Positions 38,101-50,014 of a stretch of 64,000 bases of DNA are shown here, piece after piece (the stretch's first letter is position 1; each line of letters begins with the position of its first letter). The notes under the pieces were generated by a model. It was given only the letters and a program-made list of their open reading frames with translations, was not told where the DNA came from and did not search any database. The DNA is from Eledone cirrhosa (taxonomy: Eukaryota). The stretch is taken from NCBI GenBank assembly GCA_964016885.1, contig OZ024746.1, forward strand, positions 60,884,001 to 60,948,000, written 5' to 3'. A program made the position numbers and the translations under genes.

Positions 38101-38604
38101 CAGGTTGGTGAGGCTCTTGCACCCTCCACCCCTATCCGCTAATCCCACACAGTCCCAGCGTGCATCTAAGATCCCGTTCCAGTCGCCCACTAACACTAAA
38201 GAGCGGGACGTTCCAAGAAAGGTCTCCAGTCGCCGGAAGAAATCAGGCCGCCCTGCTCCTGTCGGGGCATAGACGGCCACTAGCCTGAAAGCTTGCCCGT
38301 CTCCGCTGGTCACGTCCAGCACCACCAGCTTACCCTCTGGGTCCAGGAAGATGGCCCGTATGGCGAGATCCAAACCTCTCCGAAAAAGCACAGCAACTCC
38401 TCCACCCGATCCAGGACGGCTGGGAGATGCGTACACATCGTAGCCGCCGAAGATCGGTGCGAAGGCCCGTGCTTCGGAGATTCTGGTCTCGCTGATGGCC
38501 ACTACATCTATGTTTAGTGACCTGAGGTCGTTGAGCAGGTGACCCTGCTTCCATGACGACCCCAAGCCACGCGCATTTATGCTGCCTATTCTGAGTGAGG
38601 TCAT
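35185..38604 (-). CDS. Tx1-type ORF2: APE endonuclease + reverse transcriptase + C-terminal CCHC, 1139 aa, uninterrupted
   Basis: APE motifs SINARG, ISET, VYAP, GDWN, SYLDR, TDHK; RT motifs KSPGLDG, FRPITLLN, DQSKAFDRV, QGCPLS, YADD; C-terminal CPRC-x5-ETVLHALVQC. Confidence 0.96.
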   Translation of the reverse strand: MTSLRIGSINARGLGSSWKQGHLLNDLRSLNIDVVAISETRISEARAFAPIFGGYDVYASPSRPGSGGGVAVLFRRGLDLAIRAIFLDPEGKLVVLDVTSGDGQAFRLVAVYAPTGAGRPDFFRRLETFLGTSRSLVLVGDWNGILDARWDCVGLADRGGGCKSLTNLLRRFELSDRYRLDFPNVPMWTWTNRIGSSRSYLDRVFCREIDRSSIGCPQFKIVSYTDHKFVTCVLDLDRLHRRGPGYWKLNASLPARKAYRDRISELVKRALTGAIVNNKWWFALKRAIRIESIRFSKALAIEKNRAEGELVRKLDEALSKGIATDVLAAKLALDQFFNAKHEGCVVRARVRALRHEGTKAVQWARVAEARRGNKATIRSLVDHDGRMLLDPGQMCEAFQRHFAQLFGGSGRPGRGMDFSVYLDGLPRLSATEARCCEKPITAAEVREAMTGCTRGKSPGLDGLPYELYVQMPDLFGGLLADVYCNWQQNGRIPSSVSRGAVALLRKDPNKGDNIDNFRPITLLNTEFKILAKVLAKRLALVVGGLVGEAQTCAIPDRSIHDNLHLMRYIVERVAREPGTGGSLINLDQSKAFDRVDHRYLAAVPRAAGFGPVFRGWIAAMHSDICSVVRVNGHLSEPFNIMRSVRQGCPLSSLLYVLTLEPLLHKLETLRGVPRELGCGRSVSAYADDVTVVVSNAKHIEAIGTTLREYEAVTGAMINQEKSVGLQLGTWRGRSMPSNSVVGRWTDGPVKLLGVWFGPDLQTDKNWDEVTSRVASLTQKWAERKLSLKGRAEVANAYIASVICYRLTVVPCPKPRLTALERLLFRFLWKGRAPMVRRSICWQHPLRGGLGMPWLMMRRHALRLRHLHLFLDGDQVWSPFARRVFPQLVSLTELQSWVKRRPRGSAWRLECLQALTALDQSGNVIGGNSTSAFYRGLVEGKSDDVLGETLGVDENQLANLFGRTFGPGPMDNFQKSLAWQCYRGALPVRDKLYRHGGAVSRACPRCAQGDETVLHALVQCPKIADLWVYVEHLLSRLGRIQLSSESIVRIAPPSSFSREGQAVFICLVAMAKEIVWWTRLKGLKTSTYLFDDALIDFFKFHLKRKIRVEKEVLSSQHFVERWVREARMARVNGPTLSIYL

Positions 38605-38639
38605 GTTTAAAATAGAGTGGAAAAGATGGGAAAGACCAC

Positions 38640-40784
38640 TTACCGTACTTTTGGTAGAGGAGGGATGGTTTTTACATCCCTTTTCACTTGATCGTCTGGT
38701 GAAGGGACCGTTGAATCGTCCCTTCGGCTGGTCGTCGGCTCTTCTAAGAGAATGTCTGAATATACTCTTCGATTGATGGTTCCTCCTAGGTCCCTGAAAT
38801 CACCAACTGCGTTGGGGAATTTCGTTTTAATGTTTGTGTATTGTTTCTGTGCTATTTTTAGCAGTCTTATGTTAGTTGGCGTTTTGATTGGTGCTGGTAT
38901 TATGTAGTCCTGTTGTGAAATGTCTGTGTGTTCAATTATGTAAGTCATTAGTTTCTTGTTGTGTGTGTTTATTGCCGTGCATTTGTTTTTCTGGGGGTGG
39001 GGTGTGGTTCTGCTATTTTCTTGTCGTTGTTGCTGGGTGTGTGTGTTTTGTTGTTGTGTTTGCGATGTTGGTGCTTGTGGTGGTGGTGTTGAAGGTGTTG
39101 TTGGCGGTGGGGTTGTCGCCGGCGGTGATGGTGGTGCTGGTGTGGGTGGTGATGGTGTTGGTGGTGTTGCTGCTGTGGGTCTCTTTGCAGTAGACTTTAC
39201 CCTTTTCTCATTTCTTTCCTCCCTTTTCAAAGGCGACGATGCGCTGCTTCTGCGTTTGTGCCTTCTTGCGACCTTTTGCCATCCCTCTCCCACCTCACAC
39301 TCCATGTCTGATTCTGTAAGGTCGGGGAGGGGTACCAGCTCCACTCTTTCACTTGTTGTTGTTGGTGATGTTTGCACTGGAGTCTCTGTTGCAGCTGCAT
39401 TTGGTATTGCTGTTGTTGTTGTTAATATTTCCACTGCTGCTGCTGTCTTTGATTTCCGTGGAGTGGGTATGGGTGCCACGGACCTATCGTTCCTGGTTGC
39501 CGCTTGTCCTGTTGCTGGTAGCCGTGGAGCCGGATTCGGAAGGAGGGGGGTTTTCTCCTTTCTCAGGGTCTTCTCGTTGCAGAAGGCCCTGAGGTGAGTC
39601 TTCGATCCACAGCGAAAGCATTTCGGGCGTTTGCCCTCAACACTTATGGGCAGTTGAGTGCCGTTATCGAAGTCTATCACATCCGGGATAGCTTCGATGC
39701 ACTCCTGGTTGGTTTGGATTAGCATCTCAATGGAGGAGCCGACCCAATCTTCTCTTACTTTTTTCTGTACTTGCAGTACAGTTGTTTTGTCCTCGATTCC
39801 GACGAGGACAGACGCGGCCAGCCAAGAAGGGGTCATTCCGGGGGGGGGGACGTGGGTCAGTTTGACCCTCACAATTTTTTGCCCGCAGTAGGAGGGCACC
39901 AACACCATTTCCTCGCTCCTTAGGGTCACTACTGATTGGGCCTTTGCCTCCTGGGGTGTGGCAAAAAGTACGTCTACGGTGGCATATTTTTTGCCTCGGG
40001 TGATGTGCGTTTTCCGCTGCCACACAGACCCCAAGGCTTTTTGTATTTGGGCCTCTGTGGCTCTTTCCACCCTACGGGATTTTGTACTTACTGTACGGTA
40101 CGTGACCGTACAGTGCTCTTGGGTCTCGAAAAACTTTTCCGCTGCCTTGCAGATTGCTCGGTGTCCGTTCTTTGTCACCATCTTCTTCGCTTCCTCTAAT
40201 TCCTCATTTGTTATGAGGATTGTTTCCAAGTTTTTCGCAATACCTGCAAATGAGATTGGTTTTTCTCTGCTGTTGTTGTTGTCGTCAGAGCTGCTGGTAC
40301 TTTTGTTGTTGCTGCAGGTACTACGACTACTGCCTCCGCCGCTGTTGCTGTGGTTGTTGTTGGTGTTGCTGCTGCTAATGCTGTTGTTGTTTATGTTGCT
40401 GGTGATGCTGTTGCGGCTGCTACTGTTGTTTTCATTGTCACTGTTGCTGTTGTTATTACGGCTGCTACTGCTATTATTCCTGACGTCAGACGAATGAACT
40501 GGGTTTTCGTATTTCCCGCACACCTGTTTCGTCGCTGTCGTCGTCGTCGTGGAGAAACCTTGCACGCTTTGCACGAGACTTTTCTTTTCTTTCGTCGCTT
40601 GCGAAAGAGAAGGGAGGGAGAGAGACACATTTAAAGAAGGGGGGGGGGGAGAGACAATCTTCTCTCTGCTGTAGTGGTGATTGAGGAAGAAGAAGACGGA
40701 ATGAGTGGGAGTGACGTATGAAATTTCTTTTTCGTAGCCATGTTGTTTTTTGTTTAAAATGAAATTTTGGGTACAAAACCCCAA
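38640..40784 (-). CDS. Tx1-type ORF1 (nucleic-acid-binding, single zinc knuckle); true start uncertain
   Basis: Contains CFRCGSKTHLRAFC (CCHC), an N/S-rich N-terminus, a Pro/Thr-rich C-terminal part and a GWQKVARR motif. It ends 35 bp before the ORF2 ATG. The track start is a TTG; a better ATG at 40741 is out of frame across a C11 run. Confidence 0.88.
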   Translation of the reverse strand: MGFCTQNFILNKKQHGYEKEISYVTPTHSVFFFLNHHYSREKIVSPPPPSLNVSLSLPSLSQATKEKKSLVQSVQGFSTTTTTATKQVCGKYENPVHSSDVRNNSSSSRNNNSNSDNENNSSSRNSITSNINNNSISSSNTNNNHSNSGGGSSRSTCSNNKSTSSSDDNNNSREKPISFAGIAKNLETILITNEELEEAKKMVTKNGHRAICKAAEKFFETQEHCTVTYRTVSTKSRRVERATEAQIQKALGSVWQRKTHITRGKKYATVDVLFATPQEAKAQSVVTLRSEEMVLVPSYCGQKIVRVKLTHVPPPGMTPSWLAASVLVGIEDKTTVLQVQKKVREDWVGSSIEMLIQTNQECIEAIPDVIDFDNGTQLPISVEGKRPKCFRCGSKTHLRAFCNEKTLRKEKTPLLPNPAPRLPATGQAATRNDRSVAPIPTPRKSKTAAAVEILTTTTAIPNAAATETPVQTSPTTTSERVELVPLPDLTESDMECEVGEGWQKVARRHKRRSSASSPLKREERNEKRVKSTAKRPTAATPPTPSPPTPAPPSPPATTPPPTTPSTPPPQAPTSQTQQQNTHTQQQRQENSRTTPHPQKNKCTAINTHNKKLMTYIIEHTDISQQDYIIPAPIKTPTNIRLLKIAQKQYTNIKTKFPNAVGDFRDLGGTINRRVYSDILLEEPTTSRRDDSTVPSPDDQVKRDVKTIPPLPKVR

Positions 40785-41283
40785 TAACTGGTTATTTAAC
40801 CCCGAAGGGCCAAATAACGGACAGAAAGACCCCTCTCACGAGGAGGAGGGTGTCTTTATCAACAATTTGGTTCAAGTTTTAAACAATTTACAATTGTTTT
40901 AACGGTTAAAAATTACTATACCTTACAGAGCCGAGCCTCCGTCAACCATGGCATTCAATAATAATAATAATAATACTTATAATAATAATTGTTTCTACTT
41001 TTGGCCCAAGGCCAGCAATTACCCAGGACATTACTGGTACTTTATTTTATCGACCCCGTAAGGATGAAAGGTAAAGTGAACCTCGGCAGGATTTGAACTC
41101 AGACCGTAAAGGGACGTAACTATGCTGGAATTCTAGGTAATAATCTAGGTAATAATAATGATACTATTTATAGTTATGTATATACTATAAAGAACTATAA
41201 ACAACTATAAACAGGAAAGGTCAGTAATTTCTTACTACCTTATTACCAGTAACAGAAATAGCTCAATGTATATTTATATATAT

Positions 41284-41375
<92 letters not shown>

Positions 41376-42399
41376 GAAATAGATTGATATATATATATAA
41401 AATAAACATATGAAACAATCACAGGGAATAATTTGTAAAGAGTGTAAGCACGCATAGCTAGGTAGGTAACTAATTAAAGTTTGACTAGAACTTCAAATAT
41501 AGATACCTTTTAAAATGATTAATCTCCTTTGTATATATTTCATTAAATATATTTCACCACTAATCGATTAATCACAGTAGTCAAATCCTGGATGTTCACC
41601 AAAGGAGAAAATCCAACTATCTGTGTTTACACAGCAAATGCAAATCTGTGAATGACTCGTACCACATGTTGCATTTAAAAAAAAAATACACACATCGCAC
41701 AGCGTCATCCCAGTGGCGTGAATAGGATTATCGATAGCTAGAAATAGCAGCCGAGTCCATTCAACTGAGTTAGCTCTACAATTAAGGGGCCGTATATATA
41801 TCCAAAATTAAATTAAAGGTGTCATGTCTGAGAGACATGCGCCATATCCACTGCATTCATATATATATATATTATTATTAGTTGTTTGCAGTGGAAAATA
41901 TGAAAATGAATAATAATAAAAAGAAGTGTCTGACAAATAATAGAATAAACGAAGCCGGTATGGAAGGACATTATATAGATATTTAATGAAATCCATAAAG
42001 CAGGAAAGTCATTAATAATTGATAGAATAACCAAACCCGGTATCCAACGATGTAAAATACTTCAGCAAATCAATACGTAAGTGTAAAGTAGGTAAGACCA
42101 TAAAGATTCCAAAGGTTAATATTTGCAATCTAACCTTAAGAAGCGCGGGACTGCGTACGGTTTATAATTTTTTTTATCCCCTTAGTAAAATAAGTTGGAT
42201 AATTTTGAATAAATAATGTATGAATATTACATAATTTATCTACTAAATTTTGTGGCTGCTCATTAAATATATTTTATTACTTATTTAAAGATTCACTTCT
42301 TTAAAATTTTCAAATATCAACACTTCCGGTTAGTAATCGTTTAAATAAATATTCATATATTTCTGTCACTAATTTTCTCCTAATGCAGTTTATATATAA

Positions 42400-42844
42400 C
42401 TAGCAGAGGTACCCGGCGTTGCTCGGATATTAAATGGCAATTGTGTATACCATTTATTTCAATACTTCAGTGCTGCTTCGAAAACTATACTTTTACAAAA
42501 TCATCGGCTTTTTCCAAAAGGGGGTTCCTGCCCCCAGGGGTCCCCTACCCAATATGTGCCAATTCTGAGAGTTCATTCATCTATAGGACAAACGTAGCCC
42601 ATGTGTCAAGTTTTGTGAAAATCGGTTGCGAACTCCAGAAGTTATGACGTTTTGTTGCATTGCACTGCAGTGCTTCGACTCCAAGGAAGTGGTTAAAGTG
42701 GTTAAAGGGGTTATCTGCCGGGGGACCCTATAATCAATATCTGGAAAAATGACAGTGCCCATGACCATCCGGAGTACATAAGTAACCTATGTCTTAAGTT
42801 TGATGAAAATACTGTAGAAATGCATAAGGTTTATACATACGCGC

Positions 42845-42894
<50 letters not shown>

Positions 42895-43475
42895 ATGTGT
42901 GGGTGTGTATGTATTTGTGTGTGCGTGTGTATGTGTATGTCCGTCGGGGCATACATATGTACTGGCCTAAATCTTCACTATTTACTTTTACTATTTTAAT
43001 AACCTTTGTCATTTTCGTTTTCAATTTTATTTACATCATTCTTAAACTCCGGGGCTGGAAATCATTCTGTTATTTTAAATAGAATATTAGTCTAACGACT
43101 CCATTTATACCATAAACTTGGTCTTGTCTTTGCATGAAATTGTTCTTCACGCTCCACATAACGACGTATTATCCTCGCTTTTTTCCCATTCATTGCCAGG
43201 GAACGTCTTCACGAACCAAAATATCGTCTTCCTGTTTTCGTTCGGTTGCAACGTTTCTCGAAATAATTACTTCTGCGTTCACAGATTACTCAATTTGAAT
43301 GGGAAATTCCTGTTTCATCGATTTTCTCCGTAACCATGGAAGATTATAGCTTGAAAGTCGACCCAACGACTCCTCTTCTGCATAACTGTGTAAATTTTCG
43401 CACCAAGCCGTTTCGACGTTTATCCGACTACACCTACATATACAACGTCCGACCACTTCCAATTTATATAGTAGA
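42400..43475 (-). mobile_element. Complete non-autonomous Helitron (~1.08 kb)
   Basis: Minus strand starts A|TCTACTATATAAA and ends CCGAGCAACGCCGGG-TACCTCTG-CTAG|T: 5' TC, subterminal hairpin, CTAG end and A/T target. Confidence 0.88.
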
Positions 43476-45399
43476 TTTGTTTATATATGAATGACAAAAA
43501 GAAAAGTACAAAACTATACATGAATTGTTTCTACTAAACCTTCAATTTAAGATACAACCTACATATTTGATAGGACTCCAGCTCACTTCTTCTTCTTCTT
43601 CTTCTTCTTCTGGAACATTGGGCTGCGAGCCACCCCCACACAACGCCATGTTCTCTGCTTTTCAACTCCACCGTGATGCACGGTGCGTCATGGTGCATCT
43701 AACCATTTTTTTAGGTCTTACTACGGCTGATTTCTTCCAGAGAGAAAGAGAGAGATGGAAAAATGCAGAGAAGATTCATCCCCGGAGGAATAATAAAAAT
43801 TGTTTACATTTCATTTTTTCAAAGCTAAATCTGCCGATCCAAAATCAGTAATTCAACTCCCTGAAAACTTTCAAATACATGCTGTTCTAGCATGAATATT
43901 ATGCTAAGGATAAGCTGTCCACAAAGTAAGATTTACTTGCATATCCCCGCTCATATAAACACATAAATACATGCATACATACATTACAGTTGATATTTTT
44001 TTTTATTAAAGCGTTTTCATATTATATATATATATATATATAGTGACGAAACATAAGTCAATTGCATGAACTCATAATCCTTTATTTACTGCTTTATTTG
44101 TATGAAATTGTAAATAAGACAAAAGTATTAGAACAGGGGAAATAACTCACCGAACGCGATAGTTTTGGGGCCCCAGGGACCACATTTTTCAAGTTAGAGA
44201 TTTGAAACCTCGTCTATTTGCTTCCTTGGTACTTTTTACATAGGTGTGTAAATTTTCATGTCAGTCCGACCACGTCTACTACCATTTAACCGTGCACATC
44301 TGAATTTCAATCACCACCCATTTCACAAATATATATTAGATATCGTCTTTTTTTTTATGTATCATAGATTAGGTTACTGATTACATAAGACAGTGTAATA
44401 CAGTCTTCGTTCAATTTATGTGTATATCGTCAATTACGATTTTATTTGATGTATCATATCTACATGCATATATACTTGCCTATAATATCAATACACACAC
44501 TAAACATGCTAGCAGAAAACCACCCGAAGTGTGGTTTTTCTGCTAGTATAACTTTAAAAAATGTTTAAAATTTCGAAAAGTCTCGGTGGTTTAGAGGTAC
44601 AACTGCTTTTTATATCATTGTATAACTGCCAATTTTGATTGGCAAAGACTGGTCTGAATTCGAAGAAGCCAAAACAAATACTGTACAGTATTTTATCTGG
44701 CGTGTTAACGACAAATTCATTGCCTTAAGAGGGGTCGGCTGCAAAGATAACCAGAGTTTGTGGGGTCTAGCATTTGTAACATCAATGGTAGGTTTTAGTT
44801 GCATGTGTTTTTTCCACGAGTAACGACACTGAGGCCAGAAATTGTTCCCCTGATATGAGCAGTGATTATTGTCTATGAGTTGTTGAAAGATACTAGCTTG
44901 TCATGCCATCATTAACGGTTGTTTTCGAAGTCTCTTTTCTAGGAAACTGTGCAGATTTGACGTGACATGTCAAGATTGCATATGAATGACATCTATACGT
45001 AGAAGGTTGGGGAGTAAGGAAGATTGGTATCATCTACACTGGAGGTGAGAGTAAAGAGGTCGTCAGTGTAGAGGAGAAAGAGTATGGAGGAGGGAGGAAA
45101 GGGTCATGATCAGAACTTGGGGCATACCGAGTTAACACTGAAAATATATTGCACTGCATACAGTGACAGATGGATACTCATACAGACATATAGAAAGACA
45201 CACTCACAAGCATACACACGTGGGCACTATGACACATACACACATGCACACATAAACAAAACTAGGCCAGTAGTGTATAATTTCATTTCACCGGTGCTTA
45301 TCACAATATATATATATATATATATATACATATACATGTAAATATATATATATAAATACAGATAGACACACATACATACGCACACACACACACACGCGC

Positions 45400-45460
<61 letters not shown>

Positions 45461-45578
45461 GGGGGGGGGGTGTATGTGTGTGTGGCTGACTAACAACAGC
45501 ACATGCTCTCCTATCTACTCATTTACCGTTTTCATTTTACTCTCGTCTATCTTCGTTTTTCTTCCCTCTCTCATTTTA

Positions 45579-45614
45579 TCGTCCGATGAGGGGCCAGCGT
45601 CCGAAACGTTAAGA
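45579..45614 (+). ncRNA. Degenerate copy of the same hammerhead-like motif
   Basis: CCGATGA-GGGGCCAGCGTCC-GAAACGTTAAGA; the core has a T>C change. Confidence 0.45.
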
Positions 45615-46552
45615 GGACGTGTATATGAAGGCATATATGATATGTTTACATAAATCTCGTTATTAAGGTTGATTTGACATGATCACCGCTTAAAACCTTT
45701 ATAGCACGATTTATGTATGTTTATTATGCGTACATACCTGCCTATATATCTGTGTTAAGGCGGTGAATTGGCAGAGTGGTTAGAACGTCGGGTAGAATGT
45801 TTTATAGTATTCGTTCCGGTTCTCTGCTCTCTTAGTTCAAATCCCACCGAGGTCAACTTTGCCTTTCATCCTTTCGAGGTCCATAAAAAAAGTACCTGTT
45901 AGTACTGGGGTGGATTCTTCCTCTATGTCTCTTTCTCATTTCTTCTTTCTCACTTTCTATCTTTCTTTGGAAGAAATCTGCTGCACTCGGGCCTGGAGAG
46001 GTGACGGGCTTCGCATGGCTTAAAATGTCCAAGAAACGCCGTATGTCAATACGGCGCCCCTACGACTCTATCAGGAGTTACAGAACTATACATACATACA
46101 CACACCTGTGTTAGGAACCACGCTTTGTTAGTACTGCAACTAGCACACACACACACACACGCACGCACACACACACGCACACACACGCACACACACGCAC
46201 ACACACACGCACACACACGCACACACACACACACACACACGCACACACACGCACACACACACACACACACGCGCACACACACACACACACGCATACGCAC
46301 ACACGCACACGCACACACACACACGCACACGCACACACACACACACACGCATACACACACACACACACACGCATAGACACACACACAAGCATACATACAC
46401 TTAGACACATACATAAACACACACATACTCATACATACACACACACGTATACATATATGGTTTATATGCATACACACAAATGCTGTAACTAGTTGAAATT
46501 TGTCGTGCATGTGTATTTCAATGTCTGTATGTGTACGCGTGTGTATGTGTGC

Positions 46553-46645
<93 letters not shown>

Positions 46646-46648
<3 letters not shown>

Positions 46649-47191
46649 GGTGTCCCCCAAAAACGTATGCACAGCCTTTCCCCAAAATAAAATGATCTAC
46701 AGACAATTCAATTGTATGTACCCTAAAATTTTACATAATTTAAATAATTGTTTCTACTTTTGGGCCGAGGCTCGCAATTACCCCAGTGCATTACTGGTAC
46801 TTTATTTTATCGACCCCGTAAAGTTGAAAGGCAAAGTTAACCTCGGTGGGATTTGAACACAGAATGAAAAGAGCCATAACTCTATGCTGCAAAGCAAGGC
46901 GTCCGACCCTCTACCGATACTGCCAATCCACCGCTCTAATTAAACAATTGTTTCTATTTTGTGCCGAAGGCCAGCAATTACCCCAGTGCATTACTGGTAC
47001 TTTATTTTATCGACCCCGTAAGGTTGAAAAGCAAAGTTAACGCCGGCGAGATTTGAACTGAGAATATAAAGGGCCGTAACTCTATGCTACAAAGCATAGA
47101 GTTACGGTATCTGACGCTCTAAAAAACAGAATTCATTTTGATGCATTTTTGTTGCTGTTGAAGTGTGTATACATTTTTTGGGGACACCCTG
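46646..47191. mobile_element. Tc1/mariner-type MITE interrupted by two tandem SINEs
   Basis: TIRs CAGGGTGTCCCCCAAAAA / TTTTTTGGGGACACCCTG followed by TA. Solo matching TIRs lie at ~437-467 and ~8985-9015. SINEs occupy ~46745-47120. Confidence 0.7.
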
Positions 47192-47814
47192 TATATATGC
47201 CTATGCACGTGCAGTGTATAGGATGGGGCAGGAAGTGTAATGGTGGTTTAACTTGTTATAGTGGTTGAGAGGGTAAAGGTGGTATTGGGGAAGACTGATT
47301 AATAACGTTATTGATGTCGGCAATAGTGGTAGTTGTAGTGGTAGCTGTAGTAGTAGCTGTAGTAGTAATAATGGCGGAGATGGTAGTGTTAATGGCGGTG
47401 GTGATGATGGAAATACTTGTCGTGAATATAGTGGAGGTGGTGGTGTTTCTGCTTCTTTCATAAAATATGCACATATGGCAAGAACAACAAAAACAAACAA
47501 CAAAAAGCAACTGCTGTTATCGTTTTTAAGCAGAGACAGACTCGATCCCTCCTCCGAAAAACAGTGTACCATGCCGGATATTTCTGGACACACACGCACA
47601 TACACACACACAGACGCACATATGAGCGCGCACACATACACACACACACACGCACACACACATACACACACACACACACACACGCGCACACACACATATG
47701 CACACACACACACACACATCCACACATACCACAGCGCGCGCACACACACACACGCGCGCACACACACACACGCGCGCACACACACACACGCGCGCACACA
47801 CACACACGCGCGCA

Positions 47815-47866
<52 letters not shown>

Positions 47867-47918
47867 TAATAAAAACAAATATTATTACAAGATTGGTGCA
47901 AACACACATTATTATGTT

Positions 47919-48020
47919 CAGAAACGCATGCATACACACAGAAACGCATGCATACACACAGAAACGCATGCATACACACAGAAATGCATGCATACACACA
48001 GAAACGCATGCATACACACA
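47919..48020. repeat. 20-bp minisatellite, 5 copies
   Basis: Unit CAGAAACGCATGCATACACA. Confidence 0.88.
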
Positions 48021-48039
48021 TACACGCATGTACACACAT

Positions 48040-49560
48040 TCAGACTGGTAGAGAGCTGTGAGCTCCTGACAACATTCCACATGCTAGTCGTTCAGTCTCA
48101 GTTTTCGCTTGACCCAAAACTGCAGCTCAGTCAAAAAGACGAGCTGCAGAAAGACGTGTCTTACAAAGTGGAACCACATTTACCGTTTAGGAATATCTGC
48201 ATTTGCCGTATCCTCAGCGCATGACTGAGCATGTTCATCCACGGCATTAGCAGCCCTCCACGCAAAGGGTTTTGGCAGCAGATGGACCACCTGACTAGTA
48301 GAACCTGTCCTTTCCACAAGAAGTGAAAGCGCGGGCGCTCACCCTAGCCTGGTGATGCGCGAACTGAGGCAAAGGACGACGGTCAGGCCGTAATATATGA
48401 TGGAAGCGATGTACGCGTTTGGCACCTGTACGCGTTTGGCACTGTTCAATCTTTCAGAGATAGCTTCCACTCGCCCCATTTTTGGGTGAGAGTGGCCACC
48501 CTCCTCATTACCTCGTCCCAATTCTTATCTACCTGGAAGTCCGGACTGACTAAACCAGACTCCGGACAACTTAACAAGTTAGTCCGTCAAGTGTCCGACG
48601 ACGCTGTAAGACGGCATCTTCAGGTGTCGAGCTTCAAACCCACCAACTTTTCCGGATTCATCTTTGCTCTCGTCAACCTTTCATATTCCTCTAAGGAGTC
48701 AACAACCACCTCGATTTCCGAGGTGTTGTACACTATCACGATGACGTCAGCATATACCGACTTAGCAACTCCACGTCCTTGTTCGTGTGGGATGCCTTTC
48801 AAAGGCTCCAGCTTTTGTAGTAGTCACTCAAGAGTCAGCACATACAAAGGAGGAGAGAAGACATTCTTGACAGACCGAGCGCGTGATCTGAAACGGTTTC
48901 GAGTTTACTGCCAACCTTCTCTATGATGTATCGCACGAGGTGGAAGTTTGTCGTGTTTAGACCGTGTCGAGATTGCGCACTTCTGCACTTCTCCGACCAG
49001 ACGTTTGACAACAAATGCCAATCTCTTTGCTAAAAAAAATCTTTGATTGTTTGTTGAGCAGAGTTATGGACTGGAAATGATCAATTGTGTCTCCCTTCAT
49101 CACGTCTTTCCTCATCAATGCTAACACTCCTGACTTACAGAACTGGGAATTCTTCCGTTCTGTTACCAGTTGCAGTTGACAGCTGCGAGGACATCGGCCA
49201 ACAAGTCTGGCATGTCTACATAAAACTCGTAGGGTAGACTATCCATACCGATCGATCTACGTCCCATTCAGCCACTTAGGGCTTCTCGTATCTCGGATAG
49301 TGTTACCGGCTTTTCGCAGCATCTTTCAGCAACTGTTACGGCAGGCTGTCGATGTAGAAACTGAAGTCTGCCACCATCTCCGTCCCCCGCTTGCTCTGAA
49401 CAGTTGTGCAAAGTACTGCTGGAAAGCTACACACATTTGGTTGGGATTGAGCCGAACACGTTCATGTCGATCCGCTAAAGACTGAATTGTGGCTTTGTTG
49501 CTATGGTGTACCTCTGTCACTTAGATACACTACCCTCAGGGGCCTCCCAACGAAGCTCTC
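48040..49560 (-). pseudogene. Older degraded Tx1 ORF2 (RT region) fragment
   Basis: Peptides NKATIQSLADRHERVRLNPNQMCVAFQQYFAQLF, KSVYADVIVIV, EKLVGLKLDT and NAYIASIIYYGLTVV align to the intact ORF2. Many stops and indels. Confidence 0.85.
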
Positions 49561-49586
49561 TCTTCTACTCTCTCTCCGCCCCCTCT

Positions 49587-49632
<46 letters not shown>

Positions 49633-49684
49633 ACACACCCACACCCACCCCCACACACCCACATACATCCACACACACACACAT

Positions 49685-49794
<110 letters not shown>

Positions 49795-50014
49795 AAACAC
49801 ATTTCCATCCCAATTCAAATCACATTTATCAGAAACAGGTACCGTTTCATTTCACAGTAAAGTGGAATGGAAAAACCCCAGAAGAGAAGAAGAACAACAA
49901 AAAAATATACAAAAAGTAACAAATACATTCTGTCATACACCGACATCCGCTCCGGAAAACACAAAACAGACGTCCACACGAAATATATATCTGTACTACG
50001 TCTACAGAGGCTCA

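Larger units (their letters stand above)
34935..40956 (-). mobile_element. Near full-length Tx1/L1-clade non-LTR retrotransposon (~6.0 kb) flanked by (AAT)n on both sides
   Basis: Two tandem minus-strand ORFs (CCHC-containing ORF1; APE-RT-CCHC ORF2). The 3' UTR ends ...TTAATAAAGAAATC directly into (ATT)10 at 34905-34934, and the 5' end abuts (AAT)6 at 40957-40974. No poly(A) tail. Confidence 0.95.

Noticed and set aside
36200-40634. Antisense ORFs over the Tx1 element
   Set aside because: Shadow frames of a GC-rich coding strand with no recognisable motifs.
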